Source: Octopus vulgaris
Taxonomy: Eukaryota
Assembly: GCA_951406725.2 (NCBI GenBank)
Contig: OX597826.1
Coordinates: 72,478,001-72,542,000 of the forward strand
DNA: 64,000 nucleotides
Direction: 5' to 3'
The notes under the pieces were generated by a model, which made no database searches, was not told the DNA's origin, and was given only the letters and a program-made list of their open reading frames with translations. A program made the position numbers and the translations under genes. Shown here one piece after another: positions 24,901 through 39,285 of this stretch. Positions within the stretch are counted from its first letter, which is position 1, and every line of letters begins with the position of its first letter.

Positions 24901-25459
24901 ATTTTAGAATACTTGTTCAAACTGCCTTAGAGGAATAAAACCTTCAATGCCCCTCACTCTCTCTCTCTCCCTACACTTACAATATTCTGAGCTTTTTAAA
25001 CTAGATTTCCAAACCGACCTTTATTATAGCAAGGGGAATAACTCTTCAATTCTTGATCATGAATTACCACAGAGAATTCAGCTCTTAATGACTTCAAATT
25101 TTGACACAAGGCCAGTTAATTTTAAGAGCGAGTTAGTTGATTACATCAAACCTAAAAGGCAGCATTTACACTGAGAACATAAAAAGCCAGAAGAAATGCT
25201 GCCAGGCATTATGCCTAACATGCTAACCGTTCTGTCAGCACAACTAAGAATGAGAAAATTTTCTTGATAAACATTATTTTTTACTTCTCTGAAAGGCTTT
25301 GCACACAAGTCTTCTGCAATAGCAGCCATTTCAGACCCATAAATTATCCGTCTGATGATTATCAGGCATCACTTTTACATGAAACTTGGAGTCACAGACA
25401 TTGTTAGAATGATTGTTATTAAATTATACATGCGTGTGTGTATAGACACAAATACATAT

Positions 25460-25577
25460 CTCTGCCTTTTGTTCATCTTAATCTTGTTCCTTAAATCTTC
25501 CACCCATTCTGGTTCTTTTGATGCCATTGCCTTCTCTCCCTCCCGGATACCGATTTCTGGTCCCATTCTTTCCTCTG
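25460..25577 (-). CDS. Candidate exon EERMGPEIGIREGEKAMASKEPEWVEDLRNKIKMNKRQ with non-canonical donor
   Basis: Open, charged reading frame; phase-compatible 3' boundary is AG|ATATGT rather than GT. Confidence 0.35.
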
Positions 25578-26249
25578 CTGTTCACATTATAAAGTGGTTG
25601 TTTGTATGAACAGAGAAGGTTTAGCATTATGAGAAAGTGCATCCAGTACACTCAGTAAAGTGGTTGGCATCAGAAAGGGCATCTGATTGTAGGAACTGAG
25701 CCAAATGACATGTATGAGTATCTGGGCTTTGAGAACAATAACTCCCAATGGAAAAGTGACTCAGACTGCTATGACTCATCCCACAATGGAGAGTCAACAT
25801 GAAACAATAAGGATGACACACACAAATGTGTGTGTGTGTGTGCATGCATGGGTGTGTGTATATACATATTCTTTTCCTTGCTATATTGACCTTACAGCTT
25901 GCCAGCTGTTTCAATAAACTGCCACAATATCTTCACTGTAGGAGATTAGACGAGACCCTCAAGTGATTGTGGTAACATGCTGAAACAGTTGGTGTTTCCT
26001 TGTTCTGATGTCTCTAACCTAATTCTTACTAAATGCCAGGATAAAAATTAACATTTTACATAAATCTTCCTGTAGCAGATTTTTTTTTTTGTTATGGATT
26101 ATTGTCTTTTCAAGGAGATTTTCAGTAGACAAGGTATGGCACACACATCATGCTGAATATAAAAACACCACTCTAGAGCACGTACAACATTTGTTGAGAT
26201 CTTATGATTGAAAGAACTGTATCAGAGTCCCCCCTCTCTCTCTATATAT

Positions 26250-26625
26250 ATGCACATACAGATACACACATACATCTGTGTGTGTGTGTGTATATAAATA
26301 TATATATATACACACACACAGATACATATGCATCAATGTGTGTGTATATATACACACACACACACACACAGATACATATGCGTCTATGTGTGTGTGCATA
26401 TACACACACACACACAGATACATATGCGTCTATGTGTGTGTGCATATACACACACACACACAGATACATATGCATCAATGTGTGTGTATATATACACACA
26501 TACACACAGATACATATGCGTCTATGTGTGTGTGCATATACACACACACAGATATATATGCATCTATGTGTGTGTGCATACACACACACATGGATACACA
26601 CATGCATGTGTGTGTGTGTATATAT
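26250..26625. repeat. Minisatellite of ~40-46-bp self-complementary units
   Basis: About 7-8 units of (AC)n-AGATACATATGC(G/A)TC(T/A)AT-(GT)n-GCATAT. Confidence 0.85.
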
Positions 26626-26949
26626 AAATAATTGAGGGCATCAGAGTTATAGTGTGAAGCAGAATAATTTAATCTTTGACTTGTCATAGATAAGATGACA
26701 ACAAACAGCGATCTACACATAAACAGTGCAATCACAGGTGACAGGTGACTAAAAGGTTAATTTCCATGGAGTCCTCCTGAGGCCAACCGCAACAACAGCT
26801 GATACTGACCTCATTACCACTGAGACTATACTTAAGGTATGTGGCTTGAAGAGAAACTAAGACTTTTGAAGTTTTGTGGTCCGCAATAACCCAAGCCTTT
26901 GTAACTTCGGGAAACCAGGCGACCCACCTGATTATCTACTACTCAGATG

Positions 26950-29900
26950 AGCACAAATATGAGGCCCGTACAGAATTCATACATACTAGGAAGCAGAATA
27001 GGGAGTGATTGTTGTAAATAGTAAATTTTCTTTGATGGTGATTAGTGACATTTGAGTAAGAGCTAGATGGACCTTGGGACACATCACAAGTTAGAGAAAG
27101 AAGGTATAGCAACTGAAAGGTCTCTCAGACAGGTATAGATTCATTAGGAGAAGAGTGAGACTGAGACCTCTAACATACAAGAAAATAGGGAGTTTCTATA
27201 AGACAACTTGCTACAAGCCACAGACCAGGTCTGTAAATGAATCAAAGCATCAGCCAGATCATCGTCGTCATCGTTGTCGTGTCATCATCATCATCATTTA
27301 ATGTCTGCTTTCCATGCTAGCATGGGTTGGACGATTTGACTGAAGACTGGTGAACCAGATGGCTGCACCAGGCCCCAATCTTGATCTGGCGGAATTTCTA
27401 CAGCTGGATGCCCTTCCTAATGCCAACCACTCCGAGAGTGTAGTGGGTGCTTTTACGTGCCACTGGCACGTGGGCCAGTCAGGCAGTACTGGCAACAGCC
27501 ATGCTCAAATGGTGTTTTTTACGTGCCACCTGCACAGGAGCCAGTCCAGTGGCACTGGCAACGACCTCGCTCGAATGCGTTTATATAGTATTGTATGATA
27601 AACAGATGAAGGTATAAAGAGCGAGAAACATTCTTGGAAAGAATAGCAGAAAATGGATAGCAAGGAACAATATCAGACTATATGAAGAAAAGATTGACAC
27701 CAAGTATACTTTGCCAGGAGAGAAACAGAAAGTAAGAGCTTTGTCAATGTTTTAGGATATGAAGATTGTAAAGCAACATATCATTATGAAACAGAAAACC
27801 ATCGGTGAATAAAAGCTCCATAATTATATATTTCTTTACTACCCACAAGGGGCTAAACATAGAGGGGACAAACAAGGACAGACATAAGTATTAAGTCGAT
27901 TACATCAACCCCAGTGCGTAACTGGTACTTAATTCATCGACCCCGAAAGGATGAAAGGCAAAGTCGACCTCGGCGGAATTTGAACTCAGAACGTAACGGC
28001 AGACGAAATACAGCTACACATTTCGCCCGGCGTGCTAACAATTCTGCCAGCTTATAGTGGTGCAATCACCTTCACTGATGCTAAAATAAAAAGGAATCAT
28101 GGGAATGCTACTACAAGAGGTTACTGAATGAGGAGAATGCATGGGAAAGAGAGGGCCTATGTTAGCCAAAAAGAGGAACCAGCAATTGAAATTGATCCCT
28201 AAAAATATAGTTGAAATTAGATGTTAAAGATAGAGAAAGCCATCATGGCTAGCCTCAGAGATATTGAAAATATCTATAACATATAAGATAAAGATCCTAC
28301 TTGAGTCATATAGATTCACAGGACTGGTTTCCCAGTTTCTGTGGTGTATATATATTTTTGCACCTTGATGGGATGCTGGTCTATTGCAGGAAATACTCAT
28401 TTTTGTCAGCTGAATGGACTGGAGCAATGTGAAATGAAATGCTTTGCTCAAGAACAATGCATTGGCTTATCCAGGAATTGAAACCACAATCTTATGATCA
28501 TGAGTCCAACACCTTAACCACCAAGCCATGCACCTCCACATTGAAAATATCTAATGAAGACTTATGCTGTTCATTTGCATAGATGGTAAAGCAGTACAGG
28601 AAGGAGTGACTCCTAATCACAAATGTAACAATATCACCATCAACAGGTATAAGGGTAAAATTAAAATATTAGGAAGAAGTAAGTACAGAGATATCAAACT
28701 AATTAGGAAGAAAAATTAACTGAGATGAAGTGTAGATCCGATTTATGCCAGGGTGGTGTGTCACTGTTGCTCTTTCCCTAGTGAGACAACAAGAGCAAGT
28801 TCAAAATAAATAGCGACACATACTTAGCATTCGTAAATCTAGAGAAGACACTTCATAGAGTACCAAACTGTCTTCTAGTTGTTGCTAAGGAAACTGGCTG
28901 AAGATGAATGGCTTATGAGGGCTATTCTAACCAGGTACAGGTATACTGTGATGTATTTAGCGATGTATTCAGAGAAGAATATCGTGCAAGCAGGTGTCCA
29001 TCATGTCGTTATTCTCAGACCACTTTTGTTTATTAGAGTTCTCCAGGCCATAACAGAAGAATGTAAGACCAGTTGTCTGTGAGAACTTCTGTATGCTGAT
29101 GACCTAGTTTTCACAATTAAATCTGCCCAAGAATTGGAGAAGAAATTTCATATGCAGAGGGAAAGCCTAGAAATGAAAGCTCTTAAAGTAAAGCTAGCAG
29201 AAGAAAGGAAAAAAAAGTTTTAGTTAGCAACAAGAAACAACATATGACTCTACAGCCATCTTGGAAATGACCATGCTCAATATGACAAAAAGATGAAGCC
29301 AGTAATCTTTATATATAAAAGTGAAGTTGTGTGTCTGTCTCCTACGATTTAGATTCCTAACTACTCCCACATTTTGCGGTGCAGTTTAACCAAAAGCGGG
29401 TATCTTATAGTCGTGATTCATATCGAGCCCTTCTGGGTATTAGCGCGCGTCTACGATGAGTCTACGATTAAAAAAATTTTACCGTCATTTTTTCCCATTT
29501 TGAATGCATTTTTTTGCTATTATATAAGGGAAGTAACTCTCTAAAAATGCTTATATAGTTATTTCCCTTACAAACCCGAGCAACGCCGGGCGATACTGCT
29601 AGTTTCATATAATGAGCTAAAATTAAACAACAAAATGTAGAAGAGATGCACTGGGGTTATAGGTAGACTGACAAAGATGGATTTCCTATACAGCACATGC
29701 AAAGGAATAGCTAAGGGGAAAGAGTAACCATAAAATAAAATTTTTTTGATTAGATTTTGATCAGAGTGCTCTAAAGATGTAGTTAATTGCTTCTGTTACC
29801 TAGATGATATAATTAGAAGCTGAGACAGGTATACCAAAAACACAGTAGTCAAAATAAAAACAAGGAAAAAAAAAGTTCAGGGCAGACTGAATGATGCTTA

Positions 29901-30270
29901 GATGCAAAAAGAATAGTTAACAATAAGTGTACTCATAAATTAAATTTTTTTGAAAGCTTACAGTGTTCTGTACTAAAATAGTTAATAGCTTCTGTTATCT
30001 AGATGACATAATTACTGTTATCTAGATAACATAATTACTCTAGACACAGAAAGCATAGTAGTTAGAATAAGAGCAAAGAGAAAAAGTTAAGCCAGCTATT
30101 ACCTCTACAGGCAACAAAAGTGAAGGACAGAGTGTAAGATGATTATGTACGAACTACAATAGTGTATGGTCGTGAAACAGGGACACCGACTTCTAAGGAT
30201 GAGTGAAAGTTGGAAAGAAAGTTACTATGTGAAACTGGATGTGTAAATGACAGCATGCATGAATGATAGC
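26950..30270 (+). mobile_element. Decayed RTE LINE ORF with nested SINEs and a Helitron
   Basis: RFMPG, LAFVNLEK..HRVP, GVHH..LRPLLFIRVLQAI..ELLYADDLV (RT), then GK*PCSI..SN.I..KRCTG; 5' boundary uncertain. Confidence 0.75.
29306..29602 (+). mobile_element. Non-autonomous Helitron
   Basis: 5' TC, 3' CTAG preceded by hairpin CCCGAGCAACGCCGGG, inserted between A and T without TSD; removing it rejoins the RTE frame. Confidence 0.85.
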
Positions 30271-30284
30271 ACATAAATCATCCA

Positions 30285-30299
30285 ATAATAATAATAATG

Positions 30300-30340
<41 letters not shown>

Positions 30341-30364
30341 TAATTCTTTTTATTGGCCACAAGG

Positions 30365-30430
<66 letters not shown>
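30285..30430. repeat. (AAT)n microsatellites
   Basis: Directly visible. Confidence 0.95.
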
Positions 30431-31511
30431 GTTAAATGTAGAAAGTAAGAGAAAAGAACAAGAAAGACATAGGAAGAAGTGATGAAAGCCATTCCAAGGA
30501 GTTGTACCTTAGAAAGGAGATGACCAAAAAAAAACCCCAAAAAAAACCAACCAGGGGCAAGAAGCTGTGCTGGAAAAGACTTATTCAATCATTCAAGTAT
30601 GGAAAAATGATGATGCACACATGTATCATCATGTAGTACTGGGTTTGATTAATTGAGTGGCACCTGGGGCATGTGTCTTCCAGCGCTTTGTAGTCCAGTA
30701 CAAAGTTCAGTCCTTGTTGCAGTTGTGGTAGCTTGTGTGCCTCAATGACCCTGAGAACTTTGCCAGTGGAGCTAAAGCTCCTTGTAAAGCTGCCCAAGCT
30801 GGATAGGTCAAAGGGAAGAAGTTTGACTAATATAGACCATCCCAGAGATAAAAAGGAGTTTGCAAAGGGCCAAAACCACTACTTTTACAAAATTTAAAAG
30901 AAAAAGTCACAGAAACATCAGTGACAAATCAAAGCCAACAAGCCCTAAGAGGGGAAGGCCTTCTCTCAAGGAAACATGATGCAGTACAGCAAAATCTGAA
31001 AGGAAGCTGCAAGGAAAAAAAAAACAAGGATCCGACTAGAGAGAAGCAGAAAAAACAGACTCAGCCAAGAACAGAGGAGAAAAGCCACTGACTCCACAGA
31101 GAGTGAAAAGCTTAAGTAACAGCTTGAAGTCTTAGGTATAACATAGGGGAATAAAAAAAAATGGAAGATTACAGCAAGAATATCTATGATTAAAGGGTAA
31201 TTGTCCTTCAAATCACACCATTTAGTCTTAAAATAAAGGAAGAAATATTGTACAATGTAGTTTCTGATATACAAAGAGATGAGACAGTCATGGATGGAAA
31301 ACCTTTCATCATAGGTTTGCATAACCTGGGTTGACCTAGGGCTAAATAACAACAGTTGCTTGGATGGAGACAGTAAACTGTTGGAAAAAATATCCCATCC
31401 CTCTGGGGGTTCATAAAATAAATACCAGACATATATAGGTATATAGGTAAATCTGGTCCCACCTCCTTCCAACTCAAACTATCTACCAAATCTAAAAGTC
31501 ATAACATTATC

Positions 31512-31554
<43 letters not shown>

Positions 31555-32087
31555 AGAGTAGTGCATGCCATCAAAGTGACACTGGGGTACAAATATACAA
31601 AGCCCAATATACTCAAATTGACAATCCATCTGATAAGGGTACACCAGGCACATACATTACAACCATATGTGCATGATGTGTTGATCGTATATCAAGATAA
31701 ACAGTACATGACCTTGCAGGTTAGAATTTTCTTCAGGTTGAGTAGCCCATCCCTCTCAAAAGAATGACAAACAAAACACCCATGTTTCTAGAGATGAATT
31801 ATTCAAGCTCCAAAGAATTCCTGTCAACACATAGCTACGATGTGCCCTTACTACTCTTGGTCATGATCAGAGATGCACATATCGTCAGCCACCAAGGGAC
31901 ATGCTCATCTGGTTATGGTTAAGCAACTGACAAGCAAATCTGTGGTACTGAGCAGAATATTTGCTGTAGCCTATCTTCTACCACCAAGACAAAACATGTA
32001 TATGATAACACTTCTAATCAGCTAAGATCAGAAGCTATGAGAGCCTGGTACTGCATTAGGGTAATTATTATTATTATCGTTATTATT

Positions 32088-32440
32088 ATTATCTCTGCCT
32101 TAGTGAAGGTGGAGGTATTGTTTTCAATCATGTTTGTTTGTTTGTCTGTGGACAAGATATCTCAAGAACCGCTGGATGGATTTGGATCAAACTTTCAGGG
32201 ATGTTTGGCCTCGTGACTGAAATGAACTGATTAGATTTTGGGATCAATCTGGTACCGGACAAAGGTTCTGGATCATTTTACCAGCTTTTTTACTTAATTT
32301 TTGAGAGTGGTCAGGTTCAATATTATTATTCTTGTTTGTGAGAGCAGTTGAGTTTGTTTCAGATATTCTCATTTTAAAAATCATCTCTGGCTAATCATTG
32401 AGAGGACATTGGTGTTGCCATGGTGGAGGTGCTCTTGTTA
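32088..32440 (+). mobile_element. DINE/HINE-like (Helentron-associated) element; second copy ~54615-54935
   Basis: ATTATCTCTGCC start, TGTT microsatellite, AGAACCGCTGGATGGATT core, subterminal GGTGGAGG; 3' hairpin GCATTCTCTGAGTGC in second copy. Confidence 0.55.
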
Positions 32441-33169
32441 TTATTATTATTATTGTTGTTGTTATTATTTGGCCTAATGGTTAGGGCGTCGCACTCACGA
32501 TCACAAGCTCATTGTTTCAATTCCTAGACCAGGTGGTGCATTGCTCTGCAATCACTTTGACACCTGGCGTGTGGTACACCGCACACCTGTTCAAGCAAAA
32601 GCAATTTGATGTGGGGAGTGATGAGCAAACATGTGGCACAAACATTTAATCACTATAAACAAACCATTTGTGCAGGTCATTTGGCAAGAGCTGAATACTC
32701 ATACGGCGTCTTCGATGGGAGAGTCCACCATTTCTATTTTCGTTATTATTAAGGCTGTGAGCTGGTAGAACCGTTAAGACACTGGACAAAATGCCCAGCA
32801 CCATTTCTTCAGGTACTTTATATTCAGAGTGCAAATTCCACTGAGGTCAATTTTGCCTTTTGACCTTTGAGGGGTGGGGTCGAGAAAATAAGTATCAATC
32901 AAGTACCAAAGTCAGTCTAATCAAGGAGACTCCTCCCACCAAATTTCAGGCCTTATAGCAGGAGGCCACATCTCAATCATCCTCCCCACCTCTTTTTCTT
33001 CTTTATTCTTTACCTTTGTATGCTATGCAAATGTCCCTTCTTTTCCAATGTATTCTGTGTATACTTAATTTTTCAATTATTTTTTAATCATTTCATTATT
33101 ATAAATAAATCCCCACACTTTAAGTCTGTCCCTGTATTGTCCCCCTTCATACTTTGACCTTGTGGAAAA

Positions 33170-33837
33170 TAAATTAAATCATCATCATCATTATTATTAT
33201 TAGTAGTAGTAGTAGTGATGGTGGTGGTGATAGGAGTGCTAGAAGTAGTAGTAGTAGTAGTATCAATGCTATTTTTGTAAATTGAAACTATTTTGTCTTT
33301 ATTTCTGTCATCATCATCATCATCATCATCATCAATGTCAACAACAACATGACCAGCTTATACAGTGTCAGGCTAGAGAGTTTATCAAGGAAATTCTCAC
33401 ATCTGTACTGCAAAAGTGTGTCAAGGTAAAGAGCTAATTTACACCACTCCTCCCACCTCTCTCTCTCTCTCTCTTTTCCATATATAAATAAATATATATA
33501 TACACACATACACAAATATATACATATATTCAACATGTATACACACACATATATAAGTGGAATCAACCTCAAATATAGCCAAATAAAGATATGTGAGTGT
33601 TTACATCTATGCATATATACATATAGATACATACATGCAAATACACACATGCACATACATACACACACACACACATATATATATACATATATATATATAC
33701 ATACCAATAAATATACATGCATACTTATATAAACATACATATACATACACACATACATAAACATACACACACATATATAAACATACATATACATACACAC
33801 ACCTATATATAACCCTACATATGCATACACACACACA

Positions 33838-33873
<36 letters not shown>

Positions 33874-34720
33874 TGTATGTATCATCATCATCATCATCAT
33901 CATTTAAAGCGACGTTAAACGATGATGATGATGATGATGATACATACACACACACATATTTACATACTCACACAGAGATATGTGTGTGTATGTATGTATG
34001 TTTGTTTACACACACATGCATATATATATATTTTCTTTTCTACACACACAATCGCTAACTCCTGTTCAACTGGTAAACGTTCAAAGTTGTATAACTTGCC
34101 CCTAAAACAACCTCAATTTACAACACCACCTCCTCACCACCACCACCTACACAAACTATTACCATAACTACTACTACTACTACTGTCTTAATCACCACTA
34201 CCGCCACTACCATAACATCAATCACTACCACTACTTTTACCACAACTTGTACTATTTTACCATAGCTACAGTCGCTACCACAACTTCTCTATTACTACTA
34301 GTACTAGTATTACCGTAGGCAATCACCATCATCTTTAATACTACCACTACCATCACTGCTACTATTACTACTACTACCATCACCACCATGACTACTGCAG
34401 TTACTACACTACCTGCACTGTTACCATTACTTTTGTTATCACTCCCACCACCACCACCAACACCACTGCTACCACCATCACCACCACCACCACCACCACC
34501 ACCACCACCATTTCAGCTACTTTCACTATCCATACTAGTAACCATTATTAATGCCAGTTACTATCTCCACTTTTACAACTATTACTTATTTCTGACTAGG
34601 AGTACCTCCACCACCACCACCACCACCACAGCTACTACTCCAAACAACTACCCCCCCCTATTATTTCAAACAATCACGATGACTACCACCACCACCACCA
34701 CCACCACCGACACCACAGTT
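33170..34720. repeat. Compound simple-repeat block (CAT, TAG, TA/CA, CAC/TAC)
   Basis: Directly visible. Confidence 0.9.
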
Positions 34721-35314
34721 TATTGCACCATCCTTAATATAGCAGCCAAATCTTCCTCAGTAAATTGGAATGTTGATGGAATAAACAAGTTTTGATTGGT
34801 TGTTGTACAGCCTCTCTCTCTTCTTATCCTTCCACCTCTGGTCAGTTATGAAGAAGCAGGCTTACAGCGCACGGTTGTTATTATCGCTTAAATGCAGGTG
34901 AGGCCTTGGATCAAGTACTTCTGACAGCTTGGCTACAACTGTGTCATGCGTAGGCCTACTTAAGTTAATCAGACCAATCCACCCAGCTGTTGTTACCATA
35001 TGACCATGATGATGATGATGATGACTATCACAATCACAACAGCAACACTACCTTCATTTATTGGTAATCCTCTATACAATTGTCACCAGGTTTCTTAACC
35101 ATAACAAGGTGTTGATTACCAGTTTTTTTATAAAATTAGATCAAGGGTGAGGAGGAGGTGCTGTACAAACAACAATCATACCTGACAATAGAGTACACAC
35201 ACACCTTAGCTCTCTCTTTTTCTTTCTCTCTGCACCTCTTTTTTTATATATATATATATATAGGAAACTACAGTCAGCTGTTAGATGACATATAATGGGT
35301 CACTCAATGCAAAC

Positions 35315-35425
35315 CTCTCAGCTGTTACTTTCACGGTTGAAGTACTTCTATCTCTTCTACTCTTAGCCCACCTTTCCTTACACATACAAGGAAGCTTAAT
35401 GACTCGCTCAATATTGCAAGTAAAT
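35315..35425 (-). CDS. Candidate exon FTCNIERVIKLPCMCKERWAKSRRDRSTSTVKVTAE(R)
   Basis: Acceptor ttttcaaaacag, donor GAG|gtttgc; 111 nt, phase 2-2, in frame with 23294-23415. Confidence 0.4.
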
Positions 35426-36020
35426 CTGTTTTGAAAACTGACTACACCGTTCTGACCCAGGACACTGAGGCACAGGTTTGGCAGTGTAGAGAAAACATTT
35501 GCTTCACAAGTACACAATTCAATTTCAGGTTCTATGCCACTGCATGTAACCTTTGGGGAGAGTCTTCTACAGCCATGGGTTGACCAGGCTGGCTCAAGGT
35601 ACTGGCAACTCAGGCAGTCACCCAGGGTACCATGTGTTAAGGGGCACCAAGGAGGGCATGACAAAGACAAGGAAATGGCCATGACCATCAGCTTGTACAT
35701 GCCAAAGTTCAGCTTGCCTGGGGCCTCTGCAACCCTAGGGCTGGCCCTGTTTGTGAGTGGAATTTGGTAGATAAAAACATTATTTACTAGTTCAATATTT
35801 GTGCTTTGATGCTAGCACAAGCTGATGAAATATTTTACTGAGGCATTGTTTGGCATGCTCTTCCTGTTGCACATCCATACCTATTTTCCATGTAAGGGAC
35901 ACACACACACACACACATTGCTTTGCAGGGATGATTGGCTTAATCTATTAACTTGGCTCTTGGGTGGCTTTAGTAAAATCTGCTGTGTTGTAAATGTTCA
36001 AACCAGGTCTTCACTTAGAC

Positions 36021-36525
36021 CAGTGGTTCTCAACTGGGGTCCACATGGCCCTTGGGGTTCCATATAAGATTGTGGAGGCACATGGCTTAGTGGTTAGGGT
36101 GCTGGACTCATGATCGTAAGATAGTGGTTTTGATTTCTGGACTGGGTTGTGTTCTTGAGCAAAACACTTCATTTCATGTGGCTCCAGTCCACTCAGCTGA
36201 CAAAAATGAGTAATGCTGCGATGGACTGGCGTCCTGTCCAGATGGGCCATTTAAACACCATAGAAACCAGCCCTATGAGTCCATATGACTCAAGAAGGAA
36301 CTTACTTCTATATAAGATTCTGTTGTTAAAGTTTATGTGCAATAAATTAGTTAAACTTCTACAATACATAAAATAGTTTAATATTTTTTGTATACAATTC
36401 TTCGTAATATTCAATTATATAAATAACAATAGGAATTTTTTAAAACATTAAATGACTATGAGGGTCCACATGAGTGAAATAGGAATCTAAGGGATCCACA
36501 GGCAAAAAATGGTCGAGAACCACAT
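36021..36525. mobile_element. hAT (Charlie-like) MITE with nested SINE D
   Basis: TIR CAGTGGTTCTCAAC / GTCGAGAACCAC; degenerate 8-bp TSD ACTTAGAC/AGTTAGAA. Confidence 0.7.
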
Positions 36526-36656
36526 AGTTAGAATATAACTTCCTCCCACCAGCCATCTTTAACCTGTAAACTGGGGACTACACATAAATCAGAAAGCAAG
36601 CAGTTATGGAGTTACATGGTTGATTTTATATGGCAATCAAATCTCCCCAAACTCAC

Positions 36657-36960
36657 CACTGTCTCCTGAAAGTGATGTTGTCGTGAGCCCTAAGTTTATT
36701 TGATTCAATGAGTTCTTTTTTAAAATATTCTACATCTAATTTCCTATGCCTGCATGAATTGAATAAATCTTCTCTCCTACAATGTCTCGCCTCTTGTAAT
36801 CTTGCATCATCTTCTTCATGAGGATCAACCTTGAGATCAACTTCTACCACATTTTCCTTTCACTTTCTGTTAGTTCCTTCTATTTAAGTTGTTTGGTATT
36901 TCTTTACCCAACCCTTATCCTCCATATGCATCATGTGTCCTTAATGCCTTACACTTCTTG
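36657..36960 (-). pseudogene. Exon-like segment with stops in all frames
   Basis: Acceptor tgtttcgttttcag, donor gtgagt; 3' two-thirds open and charged (VEVDLKVDPHEEDDARLQE...), three stops upstream in that frame. Confidence 0.35.
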
Positions 36961-39245
36961 CTGAAAACGAAACAGGATTCCTTAAATAATCAGTTATTAT
37001 CATCATTATTTTTTCCTCAGTTCCTTTATACTTGTTATCATAAAGACTAACATTACACACCCAGAAATCACAATGGCTTGTTTCATCCTGGTTAACATAA
37101 TTCCAAGAATATTGTGCACATCCTGGAGGAAATGGGAGTAAAACTGCAACAAACTCCTTTTGATGAACTGAACTCCTGATAAAAAATATCTGTATGAATC
37201 ATAACTCTATTTAAGACATTTTTAAGCATTGACGTAACTCACTTCTTTGGGTGAGTGTGTCAATATTTATCTTCCTATTTAGAGATGATCTCATCATTGA
37301 TATTTCACAATGTCCTTTTAGATTTTATCTGTTAGCTTAAAGTGTTAACCAATTTACAGTGCAAAGCTGACAAGGTAACAGCTGTCACTATAGATCACGT
37401 CCAGTACAGGGTAATGTGAAAGGGTTAACATTACTAGCAATGGGCTTTATATATTGAGGGGTTATGTACCTCCAATCTCAAACCGTTTTATATAACAAGA
37501 TATCTTATTTTGGAGTTAAACCTTTTTTTCCATTTCATTTATTTTTTGTTCATCAATGGTAAAACCCCCTTGTTTTGGCATCCGTGTCGGTGACACGTAA
37601 AAGCACCAACCAATCGTGGCCATTTGCCAGCCTCCTCTGGCCCCTGTGCTGGTGGCACGTAAAAAGCACCCACTACACTCACAGAGTGGTTGGCATTAGG
37701 AAAGGCATCCAGCTGTAGAAACACTGCCAAATCAGACTGGAGCCTGGTGCAGTCTCCTGGCTTCCCAGACCCCGGTCAAACTGTCCAACCTATGCTAGTG
37801 TGGAAAACGGACATTAAACGATGATGATGATGATTTAGTTAACCATATTCTAGTTCATATGTATATTCAGACAGAGTCTATCTTAGACTGCATTACGTAA
37901 AGTATCCTTCTTTCTCTTTAAAGTCAGCAGACCAAGCTTCCTTATTGGATTGGAAGGAGTAGCAATTTTTCATAGAAGATATTACGTAGTAGCATCAGCT
38001 GCTATAAACTGGAAATAGCTGCTTGAAAGCATGAATGAACAATGTGTGCTCTATCAGGAACAGATAGTATAAAGTTTTGAGGACTTACACATCCTGTCAA
38101 TAAGCATTTGTTTTAGTTGAGATACAAAGCCTTTTTTGTACAGTGATGAAAGTATAGTCAGTTGTGAAATAAACTAAACTATTGAGTAATTTTAGGATGA
38201 GTACCAACACCAATTAAATATCTAATTTCGTTTCTTTTGACTTTTTTTTTTGATTGATAACTTGTCTCTCTCCAGAACTGCCAAACTTTGCCTTGTTGTA
38301 GTATCTTCAGTTTCCTCCATCTTTAGTTTCTATTCTGTTGATTGCACTAACTCAATCTAAGAGGTTGTAGTGCTAAATAATAAACCACATGGACAAGAGT
38401 TCAAACCTTACTACAGTTGCTCTCAAGTTGAGGATGATATATTCTTCTTTGCCCCCATCTGCCTAATTGACAATAGATTCCATTCCTACTTTAAAAGCAG
38501 GACAAGAGTCAAGCTGTTGCTGTTATTGTTTAGCCCCAGGACAGCTCTGATGGTCAAAGCTGTGGTCAAACTGATGCTCAAAGCTGTGCTCATCTGTGTT
38601 TTTCTTTCTTTCCTTTTTTTTCTTATCTTTACATGTAGTATATCTATGACAATGTTACCTGAAGTAGCATTCCCTTTCTAAGCAGGTAGGATGTGATTTG
38701 AAGGCGATATGTCTGCTATTTCTAGCAGATCAAGCAACTACATAGAGGCTTCTTCATTGCCTAAAGGGGCACCAAGCTGTAAAAATAGCAGCATCAACTA
38801 TGTAATAAATTATCCACCACCAAATATAAAACAGTTCACAAAGTAGAATAAAAGAAAAGAAACATTTAAGAGAATGTTCTTTTGGAAGACAAAAGGACTA
38901 AAATTCTAATGGTAGATAAAAATCACTGTTTTAAAACTACGAAACTAAAAACAGTGACTAAAAACTAAGTTGTTTTTTCTCTTTTTAAGCAACATTAAAA
39001 GGGTAAAATTTAAAAATAGAAAATACAAAAACCAAAAACCAAAAAAAGAAAAAGAAAAGCAACTATTCTTGAGTAATAATTTTGGATGTAATATTGGGTA
39101 TTTTGGTCTCAGCAAAATGCCAAAATCTCCAATATAACTCACAGCACATATTCCCTCAAGTCAAGTTTAGTTTAACATAGATTAAAGTAAGGTTAGCAGA
39201 GGCATTCACCCCATCTAAACTAACATGGCACGTAAGAAATAAAAT

Positions 39246-39285
<40 letters not shown>

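Noticed and set aside
33288-34795. Long ORFs rich in C/V/Y/H/T/P (also 26202-26735 and 9706-10589)
   Set aside because: Translations of microsatellites and low-complexity tracts.
36657-36960. Idea that the stops are recoded (TAA/TAG read as Gln or edited to Trp)
   Set aside because: Careful translation shows TGA stops too and a stop density expected for AT-rich DNA.
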